Positions 16,760 through 26,873 of a stretch of 51,123 nt of DNA are shown here, one piece after another (position 1 is the stretch's first letter; each line of letters begins with the position of its first letter). Under the pieces are notes generated by a model. It worked only from the letters and a program-made list of their open reading frames with translations. It searched no databases and was not told where the DNA came from. Where the stretch lies: the NCBI GenBank assembly GCA_021827925.1, contig JAKATZ010000001.1, positions 1 through 51,123 of the forward strand, in the 5' to 3' direction. The translations under genes and the position numbers were made by a program. The stretch comes from Candidatus Micrarchaeota archaeon. GTDB taxonomy: Archaea; Micrarchaeota; Micrarchaeia; Micrarchaeales; CABMGC01.

Positions 16760-18091
16760 ATGCCTAAGCTTGGGTTTTTAGGAAGGCTTTTGGGCAATGA
16801 CTCGAAGTGGATGTACTTCGCACTCCCCGCAAACATAGCGTACGGGCCGGTGTCCGTTCTTATCTCACTATACATACTTGAGCTTGGGGGGAACGTAATA
16901 GACGTTGCATATGCGATAACGCTGGGGAGCGCCATCGCGATACCTTCAGCATTGTTCTGGGGAGAACTCACTGACTCGCTTGACAGGAGAAAGGCGTTCA
17001 TGATAATATCATACCTCGGACTTTTCCTCTCACTGTTCGGAATATTCATGATACGGAGCGTGATAGGAGTAACGCTCATTTACGGGGCCATATCGTTCAT
17101 AATAACGGCAAGCGCTGCGCCAGTAAGTCTGCTTGTCATGGAGAAAGTTGAGAAGAGCAAATGGTCGGACAGCTTCGTTAAACTCCAGATTCTTTCCAGC
17201 GGAGGGGCTGCTGTCGGATTCGTGATATCGTATTTCACAACATACTTCCTACCGCTGAGATATCTCACACTGGTGCTCATGGCTTTCTCGCTATCCGCAG
17301 TGCTGCTGGTGGTTGCTTTCGTATTTGAGGCCAAGAAGACAGTAGATAGGCACTCGATATTCGAAAATGTATACGCTTTCATATTCCGTACTGTTGCACT
17401 CCGCCTGGTCTTTGTCAAGATACCAAGCAGGGAATCAATGATGAAAGCCGTGAAATTCATGTTCGGCGAAGGAGGCAAACCGAACCCCGTGGCGCTTTTC
17501 TACTTCCTTGCGTTCTTCTTTTATATGGGCACCGGACTGTTCAATACGGTGTACCCGGTGGGGCTTGCGCATTACTTCAATTCATCCAGCATATTCTTAC
17601 TTCTCTTCATAGGACTTCTGGTGCAGGCGCTCTCTTTCTACTATTACAATAAGATCAAGGACGCCAGTCCGGAAATAGGCGTGGTCAGATACTCGCTGAT
17701 GGCCAGGGGTCTCGGATACGCAGGCATCAGCGCGGCGTTCCTGTTCGCCGCAGGAGGAATGCTTTACGGGGTTAATGTTGTATTTTATTTAATTTCTGCA
17801 GGATTTGCATATTCCCTGTATTTTGTTTCTTCTAATGTCATATTCTTCAAGATACTCGGAAGCAAGAACAGGGGAGGCAAACTCGGGATATACAGCGGGC
17901 TTTCGGGACTTGGAACAGTGGCAGGGGCAATACTCTCAGGATACGCCTCGCGGCTCATTGGATACTGGTTTACCTTCGCTGCGGCAGGCGCAATAATGGT
18001 GGTCTGCTACGTGGCATTCTCATTAGTCTGGTACGACGATGGTGCGGATGCGCTCAGGCTGGGAAGAGGGGGTGCAGTCAAGACGGCGTGA
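16760..18091 (+). CDS. MFS-type transporter
   Basis: There are about 12 predicted TM helices and an MFS-like loop, GELTDSLDRRK. Confidence 0.7.
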   Translation: MPKLGFLGRLLGNDSKWMYFALPANIAYGPVSVLISLYILELGGNVIDVAYAITLGSAIAIPSALFWGELTDSLDRRKAFMIISYLGLFLSLFGIFMIRSVIGVTLIYGAISFIITASAAPVSLLVMEKVEKSKWSDSFVKLQILSSGGAAVGFVISYFTTYFLPLRYLTLVLMAFSLSAVLLVVAFVFEAKKTVDRHSIFENVYAFIFRTVALRLVFVKIPSRESMMKAVKFMFGEGGKPNPVALFYFLAFFFYMGTGLFNTVYPVGLAHYFNSSSIFLLLFIGLLVQALSFYYYNKIKDASPEIGVVRYSLMARGLGYAGISAAFLFAAGGMLYGVNVVFYLISAGFAYSLYFVSSNVIFFKILGSKNRGGKLGIYSGLSGLGTVAGAILSGYASRLIGYWFTFAAAGAIMVVCYVAFSLVWYDDGADALRLGRGGAVKTA

Positions 18092-18497
18092 CTTCCCCTA
18101 TTGTGAACTTTCCGCCTTTCCTGATGCCAAGCTTCATGCAGACGCCGGCGGTGGTTTCAACTACATATCTCGCAGGAGAAGCAGGATAATAGCTGCGGCA
18201 TTTTAGGAAAGACTCGCAGGGAAGCGCTTCCTCCTTCTTGTCTATGACAATGCCATCCCCATCAAGCCAGATTATGTCTATGCTGAATTTCATGTTCAGC
18301 ATCCATATCCCTATCCGCGAATCCCTGACGAGTGCGAATAGCATAGCTTCGTTTTTTCCGAGGCCTTTGCGATGCATGAGACCTACGGAGCGCTTCAGCG
18401 GAGAGTCTGCAAGGTAAGCACTGAATTTGTGCCTGCCGTAGCTAATCCCGGTCTTCTCGAAATTGAGAGCACGATAGAGGAGATAGGTTATACACAT
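18078..18497 (-). CDS. DUF192 family protein
   Basis: RSVGLMHRKGL..AMLF, WMLNMKFSIDIIWLD and ARYVVETTAG match my recollection of the DUF192 pattern. Confidence 0.65.
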   Translation of the reverse strand: MCITYLLYRALNFEKTGISYGRHKFSAYLADSPLKRSVGLMHRKGLGKNEAMLFALVRDSRIGIWMLNMKFSIDIIWLDGDGIVIDKKEEALPCESFLKCRSYYPASPARYVVETTAGVCMKLGIRKGGKFTIGEVTPS

Positions 18498-18519
18498 ACA
18501 AGCACGCTGCGCTTCTTCG

Positions 18520-20181
18520 TTATTTTACAATGGCCTCACTCTGCTCGCGCATGAACTGCTGCAGGTAGAACCTGCTACCCGTGCCCTTGCCTGTTAGGCC
18601 GCTGCCTTTCCACCCGGAGAAGGTGTGGAATCCGACTATCGCACCGGTTGTCGCGCTAATGGAGCGATTGACGTATAGTACCCCTGCCTGCATGTAACGC
18701 AGGAATGCGTTTATTTCGGACCTCTTTGTACTGTAAAGCCCGGCAGTCAGCCCATACTCGGAGTCGTTCGACTTCTCCAGGGCTTCTGTGAACTTGGAGT
18801 ACGAATCTACGGCAAGGAACGGCACGAAAAATTCCTCTTTGAATACAGGATTGCCGTGAGGTGCTTCTGCGACAGTAGGCTCAACGTATATGCCGTTTAG
18901 GCCTGTTTCGGCTACGCCTCCTCCGCACACTATCCTTCCCGCGCTTTTGGCAGCTGCGACAGCAGACCTGAACTTTTCAAGCGCGTTTGTGCTTATTAGC
19001 GGGCCTATGTAATTAGCTTTCAGAAGTGGATCCCCAATCCTAAGGCTTCGGGCCTTCTCAGCCAGCTTGCTCAGGAATTCGTGCTTGACTGATTCGTGGA
19101 CGTAGACCCGCGAGCATGCGCTGCACTTCTGCCCGCTGTATCCGAATGCCGCGCTTGCCACGCCGGATACAGCGTCGTCTATGTCGGCATGCTCGGAGAC
19201 TATGACAGGATTCTTGCCGCCCATCTCAACCACGAAAGATTTCTGCCTGCCGGACGAATACGCCTTTGATATCATCCCCATGCCCGTCTTCCGTGAACCG
19301 GTGAAGGCTATGCCTTTCACAAGTTCATTGGATACGAATTCCTCGCCAAGCTCAGAACCTGGCCCTGTTATGTAGTTGAATGCCCCGGAAGGCACGCCTG
19401 CCTCGCTGAAGATCTCGTATATCCTGAGGCCGGTGAGCATTGCCATGCTGTCAGTAGACGACGGCTTGAAAACCACAGTATTGCCAGTTATGAGTGCCCC
19501 CGCACTCATTCCCGTAGATATCGATATCGGGAAATTGAAAGGTGCGACTATGGCGAATACCCCGTAAGGCTTCATCGCTATGCTGACACTCTCCGTTCTG
19601 CCAGGGGCTCCCTGGAACCCCGCAGCGACCTTCGACCTTGTGCCTTCTATCACGCTTTTGCTTAAATAGCCTTTGTTGTGCTCCATGTCCAATGCATAGT
19701 ACCTGAGAAAATCTATGGCCTCGTCGACCTCACCAACGGATTCGTACCGAGTCTTTCCGTTCTCTATGCTCATTATTGCCGCTACGCCGAACTTCTCCCT
19801 TGCAAAGATATCTGCGGCGGCGCGCATTATGGCTATCCTGTCCCTGTAGCCCGCAGAGCTCCATTCGCTGAACGCTGAATGAGCGGCGTTTATAGCTGCT
19901 GTTGCATGCTCGCGGGTTCCTTTCTGGAATCTGCCTATTGGCGTGCCGTCTATTGGAGAGTTCTCCGTTATCTCCGCTGGGGCATTCACTTCCTTGCCGT
20001 TAATCATCATTGGGTGCTTCTTTCCAAGGACAGTGGCTTTGGCCTTCTTCACTGCATCTTCAAAGAGCCTATCAAATTCCCCCTCCTTGCCCTCCTCGAG
20101 AAATTTCCTGTATGTGAACTCGTTGCTGAATCCCTTCATGGTATCACATTTCAGTACGTGCATAGTCAAGTATAAAAGCAT
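18520..20181 (-). CDS. Aldehyde dehydrogenase family, probably 1-pyrroline-5-carboxylate dehydrogenase
   Basis: The ALDH motifs VVEMGGKNP and GQKCSACSR are present. The N-terminus resembles the P5CDH type. The true start is probably the Met at about 20139 (MKGFSNEF). Confidence 0.75.
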   Translation of the reverse strand: MLLYLTMHVLKCDTMKGFSNEFTYRKFLEEGKEGEFDRLFEDAVKKAKATVLGKKHPMMINGKEVNAPAEITENSPIDGTPIGRFQKGTREHATAAINAAHSAFSEWSSAGYRDRIAIMRAAADIFAREKFGVAAIMSIENGKTRYESVGEVDEAIDFLRYYALDMEHNKGYLSKSVIEGTRSKVAAGFQGAPGRTESVSIAMKPYGVFAIVAPFNFPISISTGMSAGALITGNTVVFKPSSTDSMAMLTGLRIYEIFSEAGVPSGAFNYITGPGSELGEEFVSNELVKGIAFTGSRKTGMGMISKAYSSGRQKSFVVEMGGKNPVIVSEHADIDDAVSGVASAAFGYSGQKCSACSRVYVHESVKHEFLSKLAEKARSLRIGDPLLKANYIGPLISTNALEKFRSAVAAAKSAGRIVCGGGVAETGLNGIYVEPTVAEAPHGNPVFKEEFFVPFLAVDSYSKFTEALEKSNDSEYGLTAGLYSTKRSEINAFLRYMQAGVLYVNRSISATTGAIVGFHTFSGWKGSGLTGKGTGSRFYLQQFMREQSEAIVK

Positions 20182-20258
20182 TGGTTACATCCCGAATGCA
20201 GAGGTAGGAGAACCTGAAGCCCAGTAAGATATTTATTTCTTTAATGTCCAGGTAGATT

Positions 20259-20975
20259 ATGGCGATGGTGCAGGTGGAGAGCCTTAGGAAGGGAATCGAG
20301 GCTAGCAGTTTTGACATCGTAAACTTTGTGAGCGATGCGACATGGAAAGACCTTCTTATAGACCTCGTCAGAAGGAACAAGTTTGATCCGTGGGACGTTG
20401 ACATAGCGGTCATTGTAGAAAAATACGTTGAAGCGGTGAAATCGCTCAGGATAATGGACCTCAGGGTCCCAGCAAACATCATACTTGCAGCATCCGTCCT
20501 GCTCAGACTTAAGAGCGAGATGCTCAAGGTAGGAGATGTAGAAACTCAGATGGAAGTTGAAGATGGGCAGCAGATACTCAGACCGGAAATACAGGTGGAC
20601 AGCCTAAGCTTCAGGCTCAGGCCAGCCCTCAGACGAAGGGTAACGCTTGATGAGCTGATATCCGCGCTTGACGATGCCATGAAAATAAAGGATACCAGAA
20701 GCTCTTCCCACGCGGCGAAGACTCAGGTGCAACTGCCAGTGATGGCGAGAGGGATAGATATAGAGGAGGAAATGGAGAGGGTGTACGGACATGTCAGCAG
20801 TCATGCGGACAGGGAGGGCATGACGACTTTCTCGTATCTTCTCGGCGTGGTTGAACTCGATGACGTGCTGCTGCAGCTCTTCATACCTCTTCTCTTCCTG
20901 GCGAACAAGGGAAGGATTGCGCTTGTACAGGAGCGCTTCTTTGACGAGGTAATAGTAAGCCTGGCGAAAGGTTAG
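20259..20975 (+). CDS. scpA: Segregation and condensation protein A (kleisin)
   Basis: The N-terminal pattern NKFDPWDVDIAVIVEKYVEAV is ScpA-like, and the gene lies immediately upstream of scpB. Confidence 0.75.
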   Translation: MAMVQVESLRKGIEASSFDIVNFVSDATWKDLLIDLVRRNKFDPWDVDIAVIVEKYVEAVKSLRIMDLRVPANIILAASVLLRLKSEMLKVGDVETQMEVEDGQQILRPEIQVDSLSFRLRPALRRRVTLDELISALDDAMKIKDTRSSSHAAKTQVQLPVMARGIDIEEEMERVYGHVSSHADREGMTTFSYLLGVVELDDVLLQLFIPLLFLANKGRIALVQERFFDEVIVSLAKG

Positions 20976-20980
20976 TTTGC

Positions 20981-21439
20981 ATGGATGAACGGGAATACAT
21001 GAGGCTCATAGAGGCTGCGCTCTTCATGTCGCCGAAAGCGATGAGCATAAGCGAGATAGCAGGAGCCACAGGAATAATGTCAATGGGGACCATACAGTCT
21101 GCACTTAAGGAACTGGTCGGAAGGTACGGGAGCGCAGAAACCGCGCTTGCACTGATAGAGATAGACAAAAGGTACATGTTCAGTCTGAAGGAGCCTTATG
21201 CTTCGAAAGTGAGTTCTCTGTCCGCAGGTCCGGACATAAGCAAGGGAGCGCTCCGGGTGCTTGCGTACGTGAGCAAGAACGAAGGCGTGCTGCAGAGCGG
21301 CCTCGTGAAGCTTTTCGGTGGCTCGACTTATGACCACGTAAAAGAGCTTGCGGAGAAGGAATTCATAGAGACGAAGAGATTCGGGAGAAGCAAGAAGGTA
21401 AGCACCACGAGCAAGTTCAAGGAGTACTTTAACGTGTGA
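20981..21439 (+). CDS. scpB: Segregation and condensation protein B
   Basis: LIEAALFMSPKAMSISEIA is a typical ScpB winged-helix start. The gene is paired with scpA. Confidence 0.75.
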   Translation: MDEREYMRLIEAALFMSPKAMSISEIAGATGIMSMGTIQSALKELVGRYGSAETALALIEIDKRYMFSLKEPYASKVSSLSAGPDISKGALRVLAYVSKNEGVLQSGLVKLFGGSTYDHVKELAEKEFIETKRFGRSKKVSTTSKFKEYFNV

Positions 21440-21498
21440 TGCTGCGGTATGGATTTTGGGCCTTTGTCTTTTGCCATTGAAGCGGCGGTGATGGTTTT

Positions 21499-22818
21499 AT
21501 GAGCGAGAACAAGATAGGAATGATTGCGGCCGTGGCGGTTGCTCTGGGAGCCATAGTTGGAGCAGGGATATTCGTTCTCAGCGGTACGGTAATAGCCATA
21601 GCGGGAGCATATGCGATACCTGCATTTTTGATTGTGGGGCTTGTAGCACTTTCGGTGGCGTTGAACTTCGGAGTACTTGGCAGGATCATGCCGAATGCCA
21701 AGGGCGCAGCTTACTCGTACGTTTACAGTGCGTTCGGCAGCGAACTTGGCTTCATAACAGGCATACTGCTGTACTTCAGCTTCGCCACTGCGATATCAGT
21801 GGTAGCGCTCGGCTTCGGAGCCACGCTGGCAAGCATGCTCGGCGGCGCGATGGCGCACTTCGCTGTTGCCTTCTCCATCCTGCTGATAATCGCACTTGGG
21901 ATAATAAACCTAAGGGGGATAAGGAATGCCGCGAGGACAGACACTGCACTGGTGATGATAAAAGTAGCCATACTGACGGTGTTCATAGCGTTTGCTTTTC
22001 TTTTCGCTATAGGCCCCGGACACCATAGCGCGCACAATTTCTCAAGGCCTTCCGAAGGTTCCCTTGTGGGAGATGTCCTCGAAGCAAGCATAGCGATATT
22101 CTTCGCGTACACCGGATTCCAGACGGTAAGCACATTCACTTCGAGAGTTGAGGGAGGAGCAGGGAACGCGGCAGAGGCGATAATGATAGCCGTTATAAGC
22201 AGTATTGTGCTGTACGTACTGGTCATAGTAAGCCTCATATTTCTGATGCCTGCCTCATCTTACTCTATAACCGCGAATCCTTTGACATCGGCGCTTTCCG
22301 CAGCTCATGCGCCAGGATGGCTCTTCGTGCTTGTGGGAATAGGGGCGCTCATAGCAACGGCCTCGGCAACGCTGGCAATGATGCTCGCGGCTTCTAGGGT
22401 AATGTACCAGATAAGTACAGACGGCCTTCTACCTGGAATCTTCAGGAAGTATGATAGGGAGAAGGATGTAGCCTTCAATGGCATAATAGCTTCGATGCTT
22501 ATAGGCATACTGATGCTCTTTGCTGGGAATGTGTACACCATAGCAGCAATATCAAACTTCGGGCTCCTCTTCTCCTATATTATATCAATACTTGCGCTGA
22601 TGCACTTCCACAAACACGGGAAGACAACGGAAGCCAAACCCAGATACTACCCTTATCTGCAGGTGATTACGATAATAGCCCTCATGGCTTTCATTTACGG
22701 CCTTCCGCACGAGGCTTTCGTGATAAACGTAATAATAGTGATATCGCTCATAGTGATATACTACGCGCTCAGAGAAGTCGAGGACAAGAAGGTAATAAGA
22801 GTAAGACTCTTCAGGTGA
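21499..22818 (+). CDS. APC-family amino acid permease
   Basis: There are about 12 TM helices. The N-terminal GAIVGAGIFVLSG motif is typical of APC transporters. Confidence 0.8.
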   Translation: MSENKIGMIAAVAVALGAIVGAGIFVLSGTVIAIAGAYAIPAFLIVGLVALSVALNFGVLGRIMPNAKGAAYSYVYSAFGSELGFITGILLYFSFATAISVVALGFGATLASMLGGAMAHFAVAFSILLIIALGIINLRGIRNAARTDTALVMIKVAILTVFIAFAFLFAIGPGHHSAHNFSRPSEGSLVGDVLEASIAIFFAYTGFQTVSTFTSRVEGGAGNAAEAIMIAVISSIVLYVLVIVSLIFLMPASSYSITANPLTSALSAAHAPGWLFVLVGIGALIATASATLAMMLAASRVMYQISTDGLLPGIFRKYDREKDVAFNGIIASMLIGILMLFAGNVYTIAAISNFGLLFSYIISILALMHFHKHGKTTEAKPRYYPYLQVITIIALMAFIYGLPHEAFVINVIIVISLIVIYYALREVEDKKVIRVRLFR

Positions 22819-23371
22819 GATTCAGAGGGTAGATCGCGTCTCCTGCAGAGACTTGCTTCCCGGTCGCGATCTCCAGAACATACTCGCCAGTGTAGCACAC
22901 CGTACCCATCGAATACGGTTGCGCGTTGTAAACGTATGCTACGGTTCCATTGTCTATCCACGATTGTTCAAGCGGAATTGAAGTGTTTTCCATCCAAAAA
23001 CACCGCACGCTCGCATTTGGGAATGCAAAAAGCATGCCGGATGCTCCGTAATAGCCCAGGACCTGCTTGGACGTATTCATAAGGCCTCGCCGCCATTCGC
23101 TCTCGTTTTTTGCAATGAAGACCTTCATTATGAATGGTGCACCGCGGTTACGCGGGTAGACGGTTAGGTTCTCGGTATTGAGAGATCCGAAGTATGACGC
23201 CTCGTGACCAACGCCGATATATCCCGCCGATCTCGGCAAACGAGTATTAAGTATTATGAATAGCGCAAGAATCATCGCGATTGAGAAAGCCGCAATAAAT
23301 CCAAACAGGTGTCGCAGGACATCCCTCGATGCGAAATATCGCTTTGTACGTATTAGTGGATACACTTGCAT
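22811..23371 (-). CDS. Membrane-anchored DUF192 paralogue
   Basis: An N-terminal TM helix is followed by WRRGLMN, GMLFAFPN, FWMENTSIPLEQSWID and EYVLEIATG. Confidence 0.6.
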   Translation of the reverse strand: MQVYPLIRTKRYFASRDVLRHLFGFIAAFSIAMILALFIILNTRLPRSAGYIGVGHEASYFGSLNTENLTVYPRNRGAPFIMKVFIAKNESEWRRGLMNTSKQVLGYYGASGMLFAFPNASVRCFWMENTSIPLEQSWIDNGTVAYVYNAQPYSMGTVCYTGEYVLEIATGKQVSAGDAIYPLNLT

Positions 23372-23406
23372 ATTATATAAAGATTATCGGACAATATATG
23401 CTGCAT

Positions 23407-23478
23407 GGGCTCGTAGTCGAATGGTAAGACGCCTCCTTCACACGGAGGAGACCCGGAGTCCGATTCTCCGCGGGCCCA
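23407..23478 (+). tRNA. tRNA-Val (anticodon CAC)
   Basis: I folded the cloverleaf by hand. The acceptor is GGGCTCG/CGGGCCC, the anticodon arm is CCTCC-TTCACAC-GGAGG and the T-arm is CGGAG-TCCGATT-CTCCG. The discriminator is A and no CCA is encoded. The T-loop reads UCC rather than the usual UUC. Confidence 0.8.
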
Positions 23479-23545
23479 TCCTATTGCTTACGGGCAGAAA
23501 CACTGTTTAGATGATGTACCAGAGCGCATCATGCAAAAGCATGTG

Positions 23546-23749
23546 TTAAGATCTGCGTGAGATTCGCTGCTCGGATTGACTCCTTCTATGCGCCTGCTCC
23601 TCGTACAGTTTATATTCGTCGCTGTACACTACGCGCCAGACATTCTCGGACTCCTTCAGCACGCGCACAGGCCTATGATCATTACCTGACACGACCTTAC
23701 CCTTTCCCCTGTATAGCAATCCAATCAAAGACATTTCAACCCCCATCAT
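23546..23749 (-). CDS. Hypothetical small protein
   Basis: This rests on the ORF alone and I recognise no motif. Confidence 0.25.
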   Translation of the reverse strand: MMGVEMSLIGLLYRGKGKVVSGNDHRPVRVLKESENVWRVVYSDEYKLYEEQAHRRSQSEQRISRRS

Positions 23750-23813
23750 ATATGTTTAGGTTCGCATATTTAAACCCGATTAAAATTCACATAATTATGT
23801 GGATTATTTGTTA

Positions 23814-25070
23814 TTATGGCAAGTCGTAAGATGCCTTTAACTCAACAGTTGCATCGTAGACATCGTGGAAAAACCTCTCTCCTTCTTCCGTCCGGCCGAC
23901 TTTTATCAGAAGCATCTCCCCACTACCAAGGTCTACGCTGCCGCGCACAAATTTCAGTTCTGCGGATATTCCTTCGGAAGAATCAGTGTACACACCCGCA
24001 TAAGAGTCACGTGATGCGATGTTCCATGCGACAGCCATGTATTTTGCATTCATCTTCACGGCAAGTACCTTGCCTCCTTTCTCAAGCTCCCTGCTTATCG
24101 TCATGTTTGCGGTGTTTGAAAAGGCGCCGGTTATGTCGAATATCCAGAGCTCCCTGTGATTGTCGCTTGTGTGCCGCAGATATGTACTGCCCTTCTTGTC
24201 GAATCGCTGTATTATCATGCCTACGGCGACAAGGAGGGCGATTACAAGGTAGTAGAAGTTTATGGCTTCGCCAAGCAGAAGATAGGCGAATAGTATTGTT
24301 ATGAATGGCGAGAGGAAGTAGACGTTTGTAACGAATGTTGTTTTAAGCATGCGCAGTGCGCCGTAATACATGAAACCGACGAAGACGTTGTACACGATGC
24401 CAACGTATGCCAGTGCGGCAATGTCTTTCCAGCTCATGGCAGACGTCGGCGCTCCGGATGCCACATAGGCTGCCGCGATGAATGTGAATGTGGCGATGTT
24501 GAATATCAGCATTGAGCTCTGCATGTCGAATACGTATCTCTTTATCAGCACGCCTGCCAAGGCGCTTGTCAAGGCTATCACGACAACGAAAAGGACTATG
24601 AGAGTGTCTCCCGCTGAAAATAGGCCGAGGCCGTTTCCTCCGACCGCAATGAGAATGCCTAGGAATCCAAGGGACAGGGCGGCGATCTGGTGCTTGCTTA
24701 TCCTCTCCCTGAGAACGAGCGGCAGAAAAAGAAGCATGAGAAGGGGAAATGATCGGTATACCACCGTTGCAAGAGAGGCACTTATGTAGCGCTCGGCGTA
24801 TGATAGCCCCAGTTCCAGCAGCGCGTAATTGAGCAGGCCTATAACCGATAGCGTGGCGATACTTCTGGGGTTGTGCAGATATTCAAGGAGCTTCTTCTCC
24901 TTGTGCGATAGCAATATGAAGAGGAGTGAGGTGGGTATGGCAAGAAGGTATGCGTAGAATAGGAACTCGAGCAGGTTCATCCCGATTGCGAGGTCCAGCA
25001 CCACCGGGAGAAGTGCACCGAGAAGAAGGGCCGATAACAAGTAGATGTTCGCGCGCTCCCTTAGATCCAT
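23814..25070 (-). CDS. EamA/DMT-family transporter with a C-terminal soluble extension of about 130 aa
   Basis: There are ten hydrophobic helices in two EamA-like halves, then a hydrophilic tail starting DKKGSTYLRH. Confidence 0.65.
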   Translation of the reverse strand: MDLRERANIYLLSALLLGALLPVVLDLAIGMNLLEFLFYAYLLAIPTSLLFILLSHKEKKLLEYLHNPRSIATLSVIGLLNYALLELGLSYAERYISASLATVVYRSFPLLMLLFLPLVLRERISKHQIAALSLGFLGILIAVGGNGLGLFSAGDTLIVLFVVVIALTSALAGVLIKRYVFDMQSSMLIFNIATFTFIAAAYVASGAPTSAMSWKDIAALAYVGIVYNVFVGFMYYGALRMLKTTFVTNVYFLSPFITILFAYLLLGEAINFYYLVIALLVAVGMIIQRFDKKGSTYLRHTSDNHRELWIFDITGAFSNTANMTISRELEKGGKVLAVKMNAKYMAVAWNIASRDSYAGVYTDSSEGISAELKFVRGSVDLGSGEMLLIKVGRTEEGERFFHDVYDATVELKASYDLP

Positions 25071-25144
25071 GGGAAAGTATGGAATGCAAGCCTTTAATAT
25101 GCTCTCAAAAATAACAGATTTATTAATGTTGTCTGTTATTTTGA

Positions 25145-26194
25145 ATGGTTAGAGGGGATTGCCTGCGGGAGGCCGTAGATTTTCACAGCAGATTCAATGA
25201 TAGGTACGGAGTTCTCACAAGGAGGATACTGAGAGAGGTGTCTGAAAACGCAAGGATATCGATATCCGATATGTCGAGGAAAGTGGGCACTTCGCGTTGG
25301 TATTCCAGAGGTAGGATAAAAAAGCTCGATGCGGAACTCGGAATAAGGTACACGATAGAGCCTAATGAATCCAAGCTTGGGCTCTCTGCAGGGCATCTCA
25401 TACTTGTAAAGTTCAAGTCAAAGCCCGATTATGAACACATAGCTGGATTGTTAGGCAGGTCGTACATACCACAGCTCGCCGCTTCTGTTAAGGGCAATTA
25501 TGATATGCTCGTGTACGCCATCGCGACTTCGAGCCAGGAGTATGCACGATGGGACAAGGGCATGCAGGTGGCCTTCTCGCAGTACAAGGCGAGCTGGCAA
25601 TCATCCGAGGTTGTGCACAGGCAATTGGGCTTCTTCCCACTGAGGAACGAACTCATAGAGCATACCAGCGTGCCGTCTAAGTATAAAGATCTCCTTAAGG
25701 CGCTTAACAGCGATTCGAGGGCTTCATTCCAGAGCCTCGCTAAAAAGCTCGGGATGCATTTCAATACCGTCGCGTACGGCATGAACAGGCTCCTCATTGA
25801 GGGATATGTTAAGCGCTTCACCATTACCATGGACAAGCCCGAGATGGTATCGCTGATGTCGTTCTTTGCAAAGTATTCACCTACCGAAGGCTATGAGGAC
25901 AGCTCTGCAGAAGCAAGGAAATCGTTTATGAGCGACGATGAAAATTCGGTGATGAGCAGATACCTTATAACCGCGCCGCTCATAGGGGGCTACGACTTTT
26001 TCACCCTCGGTGCTTTCGATGACAAGAAGACAGCATACAGGAAAGACGTACTCTACCACAAGAAGCTGTTTGAGAAGCATGGCATAAGAATGAGGTACGG
26101 GGAGATAGAAAAGGTGATTCTGGGATCCCTCCCAATAAGAAGCATTAATACGAAAAAGGAATATGCAACCATGAAGTGGACGGAAGAGTTATGA
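25145..26194 (+). CDS. Tandem (duplicated) Lrp/AsnC-type transcriptional regulator
   Basis: Two HTH units are present: ARISISDMSRKVGTSRWYSRGRIKKLDAELGI and SRASFQSLAKKLGMHFNTVAYGMNRLLIEGYV. Each is followed by a RAM-like segment. Confidence 0.6.
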   Translation: MVRGDCLREAVDFHSRFNDRYGVLTRRILREVSENARISISDMSRKVGTSRWYSRGRIKKLDAELGIRYTIEPNESKLGLSAGHLILVKFKSKPDYEHIAGLLGRSYIPQLAASVKGNYDMLVYAIATSSQEYARWDKGMQVAFSQYKASWQSSEVVHRQLGFFPLRNELIEHTSVPSKYKDLLKALNSDSRASFQSLAKKLGMHFNTVAYGMNRLLIEGYVKRFTITMDKPEMVSLMSFFAKYSPTEGYEDSSAEARKSFMSDDENSVMSRYLITAPLIGGYDFFTLGAFDDKKTAYRKDVLYHKKLFEKHGIRMRYGEIEKVILGSLPIRSINTKKEYATMKWTEEL

Positions 26195-26235
26195 ACGGAG
26201 ATACACACAAATGAGAAGCGGTTTCGGAAGAGCAT

Positions 26236-26676
26236 ATGAATTTGCATGCGGGTATTTTTATGGAGAATCGACCTAAGCGTAACAAGCTCACAATGGAAGA
26301 GGAGGATGTTATAGTCAGAAAGGGTACGGAGGCTCCGTTCAGCGGAAAGTACGAAAAAAACTTCAGGAAAGGAGTATACTTATGCAAAAGATGCGATGCT
26401 CCGCTGTACAGATCTGAAGATAAGTTCGATGCAAGGTGTGGATGGCCAAGCTTTGACAAGGAGATAAAAGGAGCAGTGAAGAGAGTTCCTGACAGGGATG
26501 GGATGAGAACGGAGATACAGTGCGCAAACTGTGGTGCCCATCTGGGCCACGTTTTCTTCGGTGAGGGCTTTACCGAGAAGAACACGAGACATTGTGTGAA
26601 TTCGATAGCGCTGAGGTTCGTAGAAGAGAACAGCGGTACAGGCATAAAGGCAGAACACAAGAGACCCGAAGGATAG
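26236..26676 (+). CDS. msrB: Peptide-methionine (R)-S-oxide reductase
   Basis: The zinc CxxC pairs are CKRC and CANC. The motifs GWPSF, GHVF and the catalytic RHCVNS are present. The start may lie downstream, at 26260 or 26293. Confidence 0.9.
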   Translation: MNLHAGIFMENRPKRNKLTMEEEDVIVRKGTEAPFSGKYEKNFRKGVYLCKRCDAPLYRSEDKFDARCGWPSFDKEIKGAVKRVPDRDGMRTEIQCANCGAHLGHVFFGEGFTEKNTRHCVNSIALRFVEENSGTGIKAEHKRPEG

Positions 26677-26873
26677 AAGGTAAGATTATGGCGCTGTGCC
26701 GGTCGACACTGCCTATCACGATATCCAGGTGTTTTCAATGTACATACACAAGAAGGAGATAATCTCGCAGGTGGAGAGCATACATAAAGACGAAATGCCG
26801 CTTATCTCATTTATCAGCATAGAAGGCAACAAAAATTCCTGGACTGAATTTAAGAATCAGTAAGGCGAGTATA

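Noticed and set aside
26145-26738. 197-aa minus-strand ORF overlapping msrB
   Set aside because: It is antisense to a gene with unmistakable MsrB motifs, and it has no motifs of its own.
26738-26863. 41-aa ORF (MYIHKKEIISQVESIHKDEMPLISFISIEGNKNSWTEFKNQ) between msrB and msrA
   Set aside because: It fills the intergenic gap on the same strand, but I see no motif, no clear promoter or RBS, and cannot judge conservation. There is not enough support to call it a gene.
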